From: Mantamonas sphyraenae STR306
Lineage: Eukaryota; Protista; CRuMs
Length of the DNA: 64,000 nt
Direction of reading: 5' to 3'
Assembly (NCBI GenBank): GCA_026936335.1
Contig: JAPMXV010000054.1
Coordinates: 1 to 64,000, forward strand
The notes beneath the pieces are model-generated. The model was not told the DNA's origin, did not search any database, and saw only the letters and a program-made list of their open reading frames with translations. Positions 13,128 to 25,601 of the stretch are shown piece after piece. Made by a program: the position numbers and the translations under genes. Each line of letters starts with the position of its first letter. Positions within the stretch are counted from its first letter, which is position 1.

Positions 13128-13379
13128 GCGCATGAGAGGTCAACCCCGGACACTAGCGTCTCCTTGCGATGGAAAGTGCAAGAACGCCTCCTGCAACCAT
13201 GCCACAACATGATCCGGACCACCAGCACAGAGTTTAACAACTTGGCTATGGCCAAGGCGTGTGCCATCCGCCCCTACCGACTGCGCGAATCTCCACCCCC
13301 ATCCCCCCCTCTCCCAAAACAATGAACGCCGAATTCTGTGCACCCACCTTCACTTGAATCCCTCTCCCCTTCCCACAAT

Positions 13380-16300
13380 CAACGCCGCGTGTTCAGCACC
13401 CACATCCTCCGGCGCCACCTTGTTCGACTCCTTCGAGTACAGCGTCTCGGCGAGCCAGAAGCGCTGGTCCTTGATCTTGTCCAGCTCGTTGTCCGCCTTG
13501 GCTGCGCCCCCTGAGCTTGCCGTTCACGTACAGCTTCCACGTGCCGCTCTCCACGTCGTAGCCGGCACCCAGGCACATCCAGGTGGCCACATCCTCCTCC
13601 GCCAGCATGTCCCCCGTCTCCACAAAGCTCTTCTTCGACGGACGCGACGTGCCTTCGCCACGCGCACAACGAACAAGCGGTTGTCGCGCTTCGGGCCGCC
13701 CGTCAGCGAGTACTGGGCCTCGTTCTCTCCCGGTATGCCGTCACACTTGACCGACATCTCCACAGACATTCTCACCTTCGATCCGCCGCCCAGGTCCACA
13801 TAGGCGTGCTCCTCGCTGCTAAAGTCCAGCGCAACGCCACGCTCAAAGCGTGCCAGCTCCACCGTCTTCTCCCCCGCCCCGTCCACAGAACCGTGGATGT
13901 TGCCATCGGCGTCGATCGTGCACTTGTACTCGCCGCACGTCCAGTTGTTCTCCTGGCCCTCCAGCACGTCCACCTCGCGTAACACATGGCTGTTGTGCAC
14001 ACCCAGTTCAGCCTCCATCTTCACCACCGTCTCCTCCGACAGCCAGTTCAGCTCGCCCGAGAAGTCACGGCCGTCCACCTTCTCTATCTTCAGTTCAATG
14101 GTGGCCAGGGCCTCCTCCGCCGTCTACACGCCGTTGAGCTGGCGCAACTTGAACAGCGAGCAATCGGACGACGACATTTGCGAGTCCACGTTGTAGCGCA
14201 CTGCGTCACCGTCGTTCACGCTGAAGGACACGCCTTTGCCCTGCGTCATCACCGTCACCGCACATGGCGCCCCACGGCTCGCTGAACTGCTGGTTCTCGC
14301 CATTCTTGGTCACAAACACCTCACCATTGTTGTAGTCGCGGCCGATGCCCACCACGTCGCCCGCCACAGAAAACGATGTGCCCTCGCCCAGGGCCGTCAC
14401 CTCCTCCTCGGTCAGCTCAACCCGTCCATCCGACGTAAACGTCACCTTGCGCACGCTGCCATCGTTGCCGTACACGCACGACACGCGCCATTCGCCTTCC
14501 TCCTCTTCCTCCTCCCCGACCATGCCCGTGACATAGCCCAGTGCAAGGTGTGGCTGCCCTCCACCATCAAGTGTCCACTGTGATCTCCACGCCGTCCGTG
14601 GACCACCAGCTGATCCTTGTTCGGGGCACCCTCTGCCCTGGAACTGCAGATCGTGCCACAGGTCCACACGCGTCGCTGCCAGAGGCGGCAGGTTCTCCTC
14701 GCCTGCGGTCAGAATCCTCGTAGCGGATGCCCAGCAACTCGTCGTCACCCTGCATGTACTGCAGCACCGGCTGGGCCATCTGCGCCACGCCGATGTCCGT
14801 TTCGCCCTTCTTCGCCGTGTTGACCACCACCTCGCGGCACGCGATGTCCGGCGATGGCCACACGTGCCACCTCGCCCTCAAGCAAAGGGATTGTGTTGTT
14901 TAACGCCTCCTCCAGACGCTGCACCTTGGTCAGCAACACATCCGCTTCCGGATGCGTTCAGGTTGGTGGTGGCCAGTGTCATTAGATCCGACAGCAGGTT
15001 GCTGGCCATGAACTGGTCGCTTCTCGCGCTCTGTGTGTGCTCATCAACATCAGAGAAAGCACCTTCAGGTGTTGAACAACTTGGCCACAGACGAGTCGCC
15101 GTTGTCGGTCGTCTCGCCCTCCTTGCGCTGCACAGCTGCCTTCAGCAAATCTCTGAATGCTTCTCTCAGACCTGCAGTCAGTGGGGAACACATCCGTCCT
15201 TCACAGCCGCGTCGCCGTCCAGTTCGGGGGCGGTTCTGGCTCGGGTCCAGCAGCTGCGAGTCGCCCTTGACCACCTCGTCGAGCAGCACCGGCACGTACG
15301 ACGTGGTCGCACTGTACCACATCACCGTACCCAGTCTCCTCCTTTGCCCTCAGTGGCAGTGTCCACCACACGGCTGCCCGTGCGCACGCAGTCGGTCAGA
15401 GTCCACCCAGCACGCTGAGTGCGCCCATCCCCAATCGCTTCGCGTTCGCCCATGGCAAACAATCCGCTGCTCACGCTCTTCCATCACGGCTGAGATGTCG
15501 CCCAGTGTACGTTTGGTCAGCGCCTGCTTCAGATCCTCGCCCCACATGTCGCACGACAGCAGCGGCCGCAGCAGCAACGCAAGCTCGCCCCAGCGGCTCC
15601 CTGCACTTTGGCGTCCGTCTGCACACCCAAAGGCAAAGGCGTTGCCCACCACACACGCACAGGAGCGAGTTTGATCAGCACAGCCGCCGGGTTGTCAGCT
15701 GACACTGTGCGCACGCCCTCAAACGTCTCCACCATTCTGGTCCAGGCCCGGTCGGGTGCTGGCGTGTGAAATGCCTTACGGCAAGCGCGGATGGCCATCG
15801 CCGTGTTTGTCCACGACGAGCTGAGGTCGTTGTCCATCACAATGCTCAGCTTCAGCTGCACAACCTGGCCCATGGACACACGTGTCGCTGCGTATGGATG
15901 CCCCAGCACAGAGGGGGCAACATCGTCTGCAGGACACACTCCACGCTGTGGCTCACCAGGTTGGGCACGCTCAGCGCAAAAACGGCACGTTCGGCCGCCT
16001 TTGCCTTTGCCCAGACCCAGCGCCTCCTCGTCCGCAGCTGCTCCCCCTTTGCTGAAGCGCACCTCAGTCACAAAACCATCCAAGCCCTCCGTGACCACGC
16101 CTGTGAACCTCTCGTCCATGCGCACCGGTGTGGTGCCGATCATGGAGCGGCACCGCCCACCTCCCGTTGCCGTTCATGACCAGTTTCAGGACCGTTTGGT
16201 GGCACTGCGCGATACGGCCACATGCGTCCACGTGTGCGATCCAGGATCGACTCACTGCTCTCCACGCCCTGGCCACCGCATTCGCCCGTCACCTCCTTTG

Positions 16301-18180
16301 GTCGTCGCCGTTGCCGTTGCACAGCTTGCGGCGTGGACCTGTGGCGCTGCCGTCGCCGTCGGGCGTCTCGTTTGCTCACGACGCCACAGCCGCTGTTGCC
16401 CGCTTGTTCTTGTACAACCACAGGCCGACCGTATTCGTGGTTGGCACGCCCACTCCCTCGTTGGTGGCATGCAGGTGGGCCACGCGACCCAGCAGCCACA
16501 GCGAGTCCTCGGCAACACCTTGCCACCGCTCACGTTGTCGCTTCGCACAGTCGACAGCGCGTTGCCTGCCTCGTTCAGTGCAGACCCTTCCTTGCAGACG
16601 ATGTCAAAAGCACATCCTCGGCCAGGCGCTGGCTGTTGGATGGCCGTCTTCTGGTCCTTGGCTCCAAACCGGGGTCGTTGGCGCATGGTCAGCAGGGCCA
16701 AGATGCGGAACAGGCTCGTGACCTGCCCTTGGATGTGTCCTGCAGCTGACCATTCAGCTTCTCCCATTCGTCCAACTTGAGCTGCGCCTCCTTCACATTC
16801 TCCATGCTGCCCTCCTTTTGGTCGACATCGCGCACTTGGGCACGCAGATCCCGTGAGGCCTACTCGCGCTCCAGATCGCCCTCGAACGAGAGGAAACGGG
16901 GCACAGCGCACCCAGGCACCTTCGATGGCATTCAGTTACTGCGAGTCATTGTCGCGGTAGTTCACGCACATGACCTTGAGGGCCACGGCGAGGGCGTCCA
17001 TCCCGCTGCCTGCGAATGCCACGCGGCTTTGCGACTGGCACATCGACCGGATGGAGTCCACACCAGCGACTGCAGCAGGTTGTTTGCAGCTGTTTTGGTC
17101 ACCATGTTGGGTGTTGAGGTTGTTGCCGGACGCGTTCACACCCTGCTGGCACACGATCAAGAGGATGTCCACCAGAGAGGTTGTCCTCCTCTCCTTGCAT
17201 CCCAACCCCCCAGGGGACGTTGCACTCTCCTCGTTTGTCCACGCGTGTCTCATTGCGAATCGCCCGTGAACCTCCGCAGCACCCGGATCTGCCCCCCCTG
17301 GTTGTCCTCCCGCTCCTCGGACACGCTGTCACTCACGGTGTCACATGCAGGCCGATCTCAACAGCTTCGACATGGTCTGGCAACACCATGCCATGTGGAA
17401 GCAACACAGAGCGTTATCTGGCTGATGTACACGCCCAACCTACGTCTGCTTGTCCATCGTCCGCTCCAGCAACTGCACAACTCAACCGCACGCTCTCGGA
17501 CCACGGTCCACGTCATTTTTTTCCTCAATGTCCCATGCCTTCAGCTGCCCCAATCCTGTCACTTCATTATCTGCTTCAGACCCACTTCATCGTCTCCAGG
17601 GTTAGGCGTCCTTCCACCCTTGTCCCTGCCGCTGCCAAACTTGCCACTCGAGCACCCCCTTCAGATTCCCTGGGGCGAGTCGACCCAAGCAACCTTTGCT
17701 GCTGCTACCCCCCAAATCACCGCCTGCCTTGAACGGTGTCGTCTGCAGCAAGAGCCCAGCAGAAGGCCGCCACGGTGCCTCCAGCCACTTCCCGCTCTTC
17801 CACCCCTCTTCAGCTTCCTTCCTTCTTCAAGTCCACGGCCACCTTCTTTCCTCCAGCCCAGGCGTCGTCATCCACGCCTGTGTTGGCTGACGTTTGCACC
17901 TAGTGCACAACCTTGACGGCCTGCTTGTGCACACGTCCTTCATGTTCTTCGGCGCCAGTTCGTCCTTGGGCGTTTGTGCAACCATGGTGGCCTCTACGGA
18001 CATGCCCTCGTCCGTGTTTGAGTATGGACACACACACTGGTCGAACTGCGCCAAGCACCCTCTCATCCTTGGCCATCTTCACGGCCTTGCCAAGCAGCAG
18101 CGCTGTGTCCTTGTCACAATGCATCACCAGGTCGTGCTCCATGCTGGCAACGGGGTCCTGAAGGAGTGTTTCCACCTCCC
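13380..18180 (-). pseudogene. Decayed large gene with SPRY-like and LamG/concanavalin-like remnants
   Basis: Protein-like fragments in shifting frames: GTSFSVAGDVVGIGRDYNNGEVFVTKNGE (SPRY-like, ~14290-14390), YDVESGTWKLYVNGKLRG (LamG-like, ~13505-13560), AYVDLGG. Many stops and frameshifts. Confidence 0.45.
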
Positions 18181-18762
18181 CTCTTGTTGCTCTGTGAACG
18201 CGTGAGCGGCGTAGGCTTCCATTGCCCTAGACGAGTTGCGCTTCCACGCGCCATATTCTTCTCGCCAACAAAACGCCCTCAACCACGCCCAATGCGGCCC
18301 TTTCCACACGACATGGTTCCACTGTGGTCAACACTAGTTCCACTCTGGATGAATGCGTACGCGCCAAGGGATTGTTGGACAGCGCATGGATGTGTTCAGC
18401 CCGTTTTTCCTCCTCCTTCGCAGACACGTCCGCCCGAACCAGCCTCCCGTCTTTTCACAATGTGTCACTTTGCATTGTTTCCCACTCGACCATTTCCATC
18501 ACACAGGCAGTGGACATGGCCATGCACTGCATTCTCTTGCCACTAACTGCGCCATCTGAAGCTCCTCCGCCACTTGCTCCGCCCATTCACACGCCTGTGT
18601 CATGTCACCACATCTCACATCGACACAATCCTTGCCATGGTTGTCCACACACACGTGACTAGCTCCTCGTCCATCCCCTCTCCCCATTTCCTCCTCTCAT
18701 GCGTCCAACCCCTATCGCGGCAAAAAGAAAGTCCATTCCTCCTGCTGATCACACCCCACTGT

Positions 18763-21133
18763 TCACTCCTCCTCCACACGTTGCCTCTTCTCCATCTCCT
18801 CTTCCTCCTCCTCTTCCACCTCATCTCTCTCTCGCTTCCTCGTCTCCCCTGACCTCCCTACAGCGACCCTTGCGGGTGTCGCACCCCTCCCCACCCACCC
18901 AATCACCCTCTCCATCACCTCATCCGGCAGTGTCACCCACCCTTCCCACCCTCCCTCCTCCACATACTCCTCCATCCCTCCACACTCAAACATTGCCTCC
19001 CTCTCCTCCCCATTCATCACCAACGCCACCTCCATCGCCTCATCCACCTGCCCACCCCATCCAATCCAATGCCACGCCTTCCTCCACCCTGCCTCCCTCA
19101 CAAACTCCTCCGTTTCCATCCTCGGCTTGGCACCCCACGCCCGCAACACCTCAACCACCCTCTCATCCTCTTGCCACACTGCTCGCTCCAGCGCCGTCTC
19201 CTTCCCTTCATCCCCTGCAAACGTGTCCACAGGCACACCCCACTCCCTCAACTCTCTCATCTTCTCCAAATCCCCACACTCCACAAACTCCACGTGCTGC
19301 TTCCTTTTTCTTTCCAACAGTGACCACAAAGAGGTATCGAAAACGCCGTAGATCCTCCAGCAGGACTGATTCCCCATCATCGCCTGCGCCAGTGCTGCAG
19401 CTCCTTCTTCCTCAATGTCGCTGCCGTCGAGGTCGAGCGACTGCAGGCTGCTGTTCTCGGTCAAGGCCTGCGCCAGTGCCACCGCTCCCTCATCCTCGAT
19501 CCCGTTGTCACAGAGACTCAGTGAATGCAAGCTTCTGTTCACGGAAAGTGACTGTGACAGTACAGCTGCTCCTTCGTCCCCAACACGGTTCTGCCTGAGG
19601 TTCAGTGTGTGCAAGCTGCTGTTCTCGCGCAGTCCCTGTGCCAGTGCTTCTGCTTCTTGTGGTCCAAAGTTGTTTTCACGGAGGGTGAGTGTCCGCAAAG
19701 TTACGTTTTGACGTAGTGCCGAACCCAGTTCTGCTGCCGCTTTGTGACCGATGGCACTACAGCTGAGGTCCAGCTTCTGCAGGCTGCTGTTCTTCCACAG
19801 TGCCTGTGCCAGAGCCACCGCCCCTTCTTCCTTGATGCTGTTGCCGTAGAGGTCGAGTCTCTGCAAGCTGCTGTTCTTCCACAGTGCCTGTGCCAGAGCC
19901 ACTGCCCCTTCTTCCTCGATTCTGTTGTAGCCGAGGCCGAGCTTCTGCAGTCTATTGTTTCCCCCCAGTCCCTGTGCCATTGCTATTGCTCCATTTGTTC
20001 CCATGAAGTTTCTGTCGAGGTACAGTGTCTGCAAGTAGCTGTTCTCACTTAGTCCTTGCCCCAGTGCTGCTGCTCCCTGTGGCCCGATGTTGTTATTGCT
20101 GAGGTTCAGAGTCTTCAAGCTGTAGTTCTCATCCAGTCCCTGCCCCAATGCTACTGCTCCTTCTGCTCCGATGCTGTTGCTTTTGAGGTTCAGAGTCCGC
20201 AAGCTGCAGTTCTCACCCAGTCCCTGCCCCAGTGCTGCTGCTCCTTCTTCCTTGATGTTGTTGCTTTCAAGGTCCAGTGCGATCAAGTTTGTGTTCTCAG
20301 CCAGTGCCTGACCCAGCGCTACTGCTCCGTCGTCCCCGATGCTGTTCCTGTTGAGTTCCAGTGTCTGCAGTCTGCTGTTCTTCTTCAGCGCCTGATCAAG
20401 TGCTGCTGCTCCTTCGTGGCCGATTCTGTTGATGCTAAGATTCAGTGTCTGCAAGGTGCTATTCACACTCAGTCCCCGCCCCAGTGCTGCTGCGCCATCG
20501 TCTCCGATGCCGTTTACCCAGAGTTCCAGTGTCTGCAAGCTTCCGTTCACTTTCAATGCCTGCCCCAGTGCGGCTGCTCCATGTGCGCTGATGCTGTTGT
20601 TTCCGAGGATCAGTGCCTGCAAGCTGCTGTTCACACTCAGAGCCTGCCCCAGTGCGGCTGCTCCTTCGTCTCCGAATCTGTTGTTGCTGAGGTCCAGCAT
20701 CTGCAGGCTGCTGTTCTCACTCAGAGGTCCAGTGTCTTCAGGCTGCTGTTCTCACTCAGTGCCCGACCAAGTACTGCTCCTCCATCTGCACCGATGAGGT
20801 TGCTCCTGAGGTCCAATGACTGCAAGCTGCTGTTCTGAGCTAGTGCCCGTGCAAGTGCGGCAAGTTCTTTGTCTCCCAGCCTCGCATGAGGAAGGTTCAA
20901 CTTCTGCGTGCGTCGTGTCAGCACAATCTCTACCCTGCGTACACACCATCACACCCACTCTACACCCATCCATCCTTCCTTTCCCTTGTGCGACGTTCAA
21001 ACGTCACGCCCACCAACTCCCTAACGATCTCTTTCCGCAAACTCACCTTCCCCTGAGCCTCCAAAGCTTCCACAATCCGTCCATGGTCCCCGCTCCGCAG
21101 CAATTCCACCCATTCATCTTTTCCCAAGTCCAT
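18763..21133 (-). pseudogene. LRR-ANK-F-box-like family member 1 (~18 LRRs, NLS tail), disrupted by a partial LRR deletion at ~20724
   Basis: Exon 1 MDLGKDEWVELLRSGDHGRIVEALEAQGK, GTGAGT donor at 21046, CTGAC branch then CAG acceptor. A 35-bp remnant of an 84-bp unit gives TGA at 20721. ORF 18763-20700 is intact and ends RKRERDE(E)nMEKRQRVEEE. Confidence 0.8.
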
Positions 21134-21329
21134 ACTTCGTTTCCAAGGGCGTCAGCGCTCCCAATCCCTACCGAACCCTCCCTTTTTCCATCACTCCTTC
21201 TACCCCACCCACACACGTGCACACGTCCCCGATACCCCCTCCCTCCCTTTGCCTACCCTATGACACCTCTAAACTGTGTGTGTTTGCAATACGCGTTGGA
21301 TGCGCACCCGCACAGAGGACAAGCAGCAC

Positions 21330-21492
21330 TCGCCCTCTTCCTCGCCGCCAATCACATCCCGCAGTCCACCTCACCACCCACCCCACCACCATCGCACTTA
21401 TCAATGCCTACCCAATCCCCTCCTTCACGCTGCCCAAGCGCAAAGACCCTTCCTCCTCCTCCTCCTTCTCCAAACGCCAACGCCTCGAATGA
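21330..21492 (+). pseudogene. 3' fragment of the telomere-adjacent gene family
   Basis: ALINAYPIPSFTLPKRKDPSSSSSFSKRQRLE* is nearly identical to the end of 4370-6822. Confidence 0.85.
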
Positions 21493-21509
21493 ACCACACC
21501 TTCATTCTC

Positions 21510-23013
21510 TCACCCTCCCCTCCCCACCCACCCAATCACCCTCTCCATCACCTCATCTGGCAGTGTCACCCACCCTTCCCACCCTCCCTCCTCCACATAC
21601 GCCTCCATCCCTCCACATTCAAACATCGCCTCCCTCTCCTCCCCATTCATCACCAACGCCACTTCCATGGCCCCATCCACCTGTCCACCCCACCCAATCC
21701 AATGCCACGCCTTCCTCCACCCTGCCTTCCTCACCATCTCCACCGTTTCCATCCTTGGTTTTGCACCCCACTCCCGCAACGCCTCCACAATCCTCTCATC
21801 CCCTCGCGTCACTCCTCTCTCCAGCGCATTCTTCCTCCCCCTCTCCCCTGCAAACGTGTCTACAGGCACCCCCCACTCCATCAACTCTCTCATCTTCTCC
21901 ACATCCCCACACTCCACAAACTCCACGTGATGCTTCCTATTTCTCTCCAACAGCGACTGAAAAGCGTCATTGCGAACGCCCAGGATTTTCCAGCACGACC
22001 GATTGCCTTCCATTGCCCTTGTCAGTGCTGCTTCTCCCTCATCCATGATGCTGATCCTGCTGAGGTCCAGCGACTGCAAGCTGTTGTTCTCAGCCAGCGC
22101 CTGCGCCAGTGCTGCTGCTCCTTCATCCCCGAGGCTGTTGTCGTTAACTTCCAGCTTCTGCAAGCTGCTGTTCACACTCAGTGCCTGCGCCAGTGCTGTT
22201 GCACCGTCTGTACCGATATTGTTGAGGCTGAGACCCAGTGTACGCAGGCTACGGTTCTCACACAGTGCCTTGGCCAGCGCTTTTGCTCCTTCTGTTCCGA
22301 TGTTGTTGGTGTAGACAAAGAGTGTCTGCAAGCTGCTGTTCACACACAGTGCCTTTGCCAGCGCTGCTGCTCCTTCTGCACCGACGCTGTTGCCCCAGAG
22401 CTTCAGTGAGTGCAAGCTGGAGTTCTCGCAAATTGCCTGCGCCAGCGCTGCTGCTCCTTCTGCACCGACGCTGTTGCCCCAGAGGTTCAGTGAGTGCAAG
22501 CTGGAGTTCTCGCAAATTGCCTGCGCCAACGCTGCTGCCCCTTCTGCCCCGATGTTGTTGTTGCCGAGAAAGAGTTTCTGCAAGCTGTTGCTGGCAATCA
22601 GTGCTTGCGCAAGTGCTGATGCGCCTTCTGCCTCGATGCTGTTGTCGTTGAGGTACAGTGTCTGAAGGCTGCGGTTCATACACAGTGCCTGCGCCAGTGC
22701 TGCTGCCCCTTCGTCCCCGATACTGTTCTTGTTCAACGACAATTTCCTCAAGCTCCTATTCTTTCCCAGCGCCTTGGCCAGTGCTACTGCCTCATTGTCT
22801 CCCAACTGCTTGTGAACAATGATCAACTTCCGTGCTCCACGTGTCAGCACACATTCTTTCCCTTCGCCCACTCGCTTCTGGACGTGACACAACCATTCCG
22901 TCCGCGTTCCGGGCGCAACACACCTCTTCCTCTGCCTCCAGAGCACTGCCAATCCGTGCATGATCCCCGCTCTGCAGCAAAGCCACCCAATCATCCATGT
23001 TTGTCGAGCTCAT
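21510..23013 (-). CDS. LRR-ANK-F-box-like family member 2 (~10 LRRs, ends GRGG*, no NLS tail)
   Basis: Exon 1 (MSSTN)MDDWVALLQSGDHARIGSALEAEEE with GTGTGT donor; 28-aa LRRs; ankyrin-like GVPVDTFAG..NALERGV; WVTLPDEVMERVIGW. Confidence 0.85.
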
Positions 23014-23418
23014 CTGCTTGCCCGTTGTGAGCGTGTGTGCACCACCGTTTCCTCTCCTTCGCTTCCACGGCCGTCCTCCTCCTCCCTCTCTCCATCCCAC
23101 ACTTCTCTATTCACCCAAATCTACCTACACTGCGGTCCCGTAAGAATGTGACAGCTCCTAAATGCGTTGTGCGCTGCTGCGCTTGCCAACACCGTACCGC
23201 TGCAAAAGGCCTCCAAACCTTCCTTCCCTCGCAATGGACTGCCAGTGCAACCACCCCCTTCCATTGCACTGGCATTGCTATCTGTGTGTTGAATGTACAT
23301 TCTCCCCACATTGCCATCCCCGTCGTCCAAGATCCTCCCTACCTTCCTGCCACTCTCCTCCCCTTCCTCCTCTCCTGCGTCCGACGTCCATTCCTCCTTG
23401 CTGATCACACCCCACTGT

Positions 23419-25029
23419 TCACTCCTCCTCCACACGTTGCCTCTTCTCCACCTCTGCTTCCTCCTCCTCTTCCACCTCATCTCTCCCTCGCTTCCTCGTC
23501 TCCCCTGACCTCCCCACAGCGACCCTTGCCGGTGCAGCACCCCTCCCCACCCACCCAATCACCCTCTCCATCACCTCATCTGGAAGCGTCACCCACCCTT
23601 CCCACCCTCCCTCCTCCACATACTCCTCCATCCCACCACACTCAAACATCACCTCCCTCTCCTCCCCATTCATCACCAATGCCACCTCCATCGCCTCCTC
23701 CACCAATCCACCCCATCCAATCCAATGCCACGCCTTCCTCCACCCTACCTTCCGCACCATCTCTTCCGTCCTCATCCTCGGCTTGGCACCCCATCCCCGC
23801 AACACCTCCACAATCTCATCATCCCCATCCTCAACTGCTCGCTCCAGCGCCGTGGTCCTTCCGTGCTCCCCTGCAAACGTGTCCATAGGCACACCCCACT
23901 CCTTCAACGCAGCCATCCTCTCCACATTTCCACACTCCACAAACTCCTCGTGCTGCTCCTTGTTCCTCTCCAAAAGCGACTCCAAAGTGTCATTGCGGAA
24001 GCCCATGATGTCCCAGCACGATCGATTGCCTTGCATTGCCGTTGCCAATGCTGCTGCTACTTCGTCCCGATTCTGTTGTCGCTGAGGTACAGTATCTGCA
24101 AGCTGCTGTTCTCCCTCAGCGCCTGCGCCAGTGCTGTTGCACCTTCTTCGCCAACGCCGGTACCGGTGAGGTCCAGATTCTGCAAGCTGCGGTTAACACT
24201 CAGCGCCTGCGCAAGTGCAGCTGCTCCTTCTGCCCCGATGCGATTGCTGTCGAGTTGCAGAATCTGAACGCTGCTGTCCTCCCTCAATCCCTGCGCAAGT
24301 GCGGCTGCTCCTTCTGCCCCGATGCTGTTTGCGCCGAGGAGTAGTGTCCGCAAGCTGCTGTTCTCCCTCAGTGCCTGCGCGAGTGCAGCTGCGCCTTCGT
24401 TGCCGATGTCGTTGCCAAAGAGGTCCAGTGTTCGCAAGCTGCTGTTCTCACTCAGTGCTTGCGCCAGTGCCGTTGCTCCATCTGCCCCGATCCCGTTGAC
24501 GCTGAGGTTCAGTATCCGCAAACTTGTGTTCGTCCCCAGCGCCTTGGCCAGTGCTGCTGCCCCTTCTGCCCCGATCCCGTTGGCGCTGAGATTCAGTCTC
24601 TGCAAGCTGCTGTTCCCACCCAGTGCCTGCGCCAGTGCTGCTGCGCCTTCTGCCCCGATGCTGTTGTTGTAGAGATTCAGTGTCTGCAGGCTGCTGTTTA
24701 AACAAAGTGCCTGCGCCAGTGCGGCTGCCCCTTCTGCCCCGATGCTGTTGTTGCAGAGATTCAGTGTCTGCAAACTTGTGTTCGTCCCCAGCGCCTTGGC
24801 CAGTGCTACTGTCCAATAACCTCCGAGGTTCGCGAATTCAATACTCATCATCTGTGCTCCACCTGTCAGCACACACTCCATTTTTGCGCTTCATCCTTTT
24901 CCTGACGTGCCAAACATCCCTCTGCGTCCAGTCGCAACCCACCTCTCCCACTGCCTCCAGTGCGCTACAAATCCGTTCATGATCCCCGCCATTCAGCAAA
25001 TTGCGCCACTCGTTCCTCGACCAGTTCAT
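23419..25029 (-). CDS. LRR-ANK-F-box-like family member 3 (~10 LRRs, NLS tail); 1-bp deletion in a G-run near 24067
   Basis: Exon 1 MNWSRNEWRNLLNGGDHERICSALEAVGE with GTGGGT donor. ORFs 24057-24881 and 23419-24048 join at atcggg(g)acgaag. Confidence 0.8.
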
Positions 25030-25601
25030 ATCGTCTGCGTTGCCCGTTGTGAGCGCGTGAGCACCACCTTTCCCTCCCCTCCCTTCCGCCGCCGCCCTCC
25101 TCCTCCCTCTCCACCACCACTCCATCCCACACGTCCTCTGTCCACCCCACTCCACCTACATTGCGACCCTGCGAGAATGTGACAGCTCCAAGATGCGTTG
25201 CCTCCTGCTGCGCTTGCACCCCGCCCACTCCCTTCCCCCCTCCCTCCCGCTCCCTCCAATTCCAACAAAGTCACCCCTCCCCTCTCCACCTCCCCTGAAC
25301 TCTAATCTCGCCCCCTATCCCCTCAAAAGCACGTCCATTCCACCTGTCGATCACCCACCACCAGCCACTGTTCACTCCTCCTCCACACCTGTTTGAGAGG
25401 TGTACCCACCCAGTGCACACTGCCGGATGAGGTGATAAACAGGGTCTTCGGATGGATCGGAAAGACATTGCCCCACACGTGACCAACCTGAACGTGCTGC
25501 CGATTTTTCGCGTTCAGCCGGTGCGTGGAATGGAGTTGAAGCGGAGAGCAGATGGGCAGCAGCGTGTGAGATCAGCTCACATGAAATACCGTCCAGACAC
25601 A

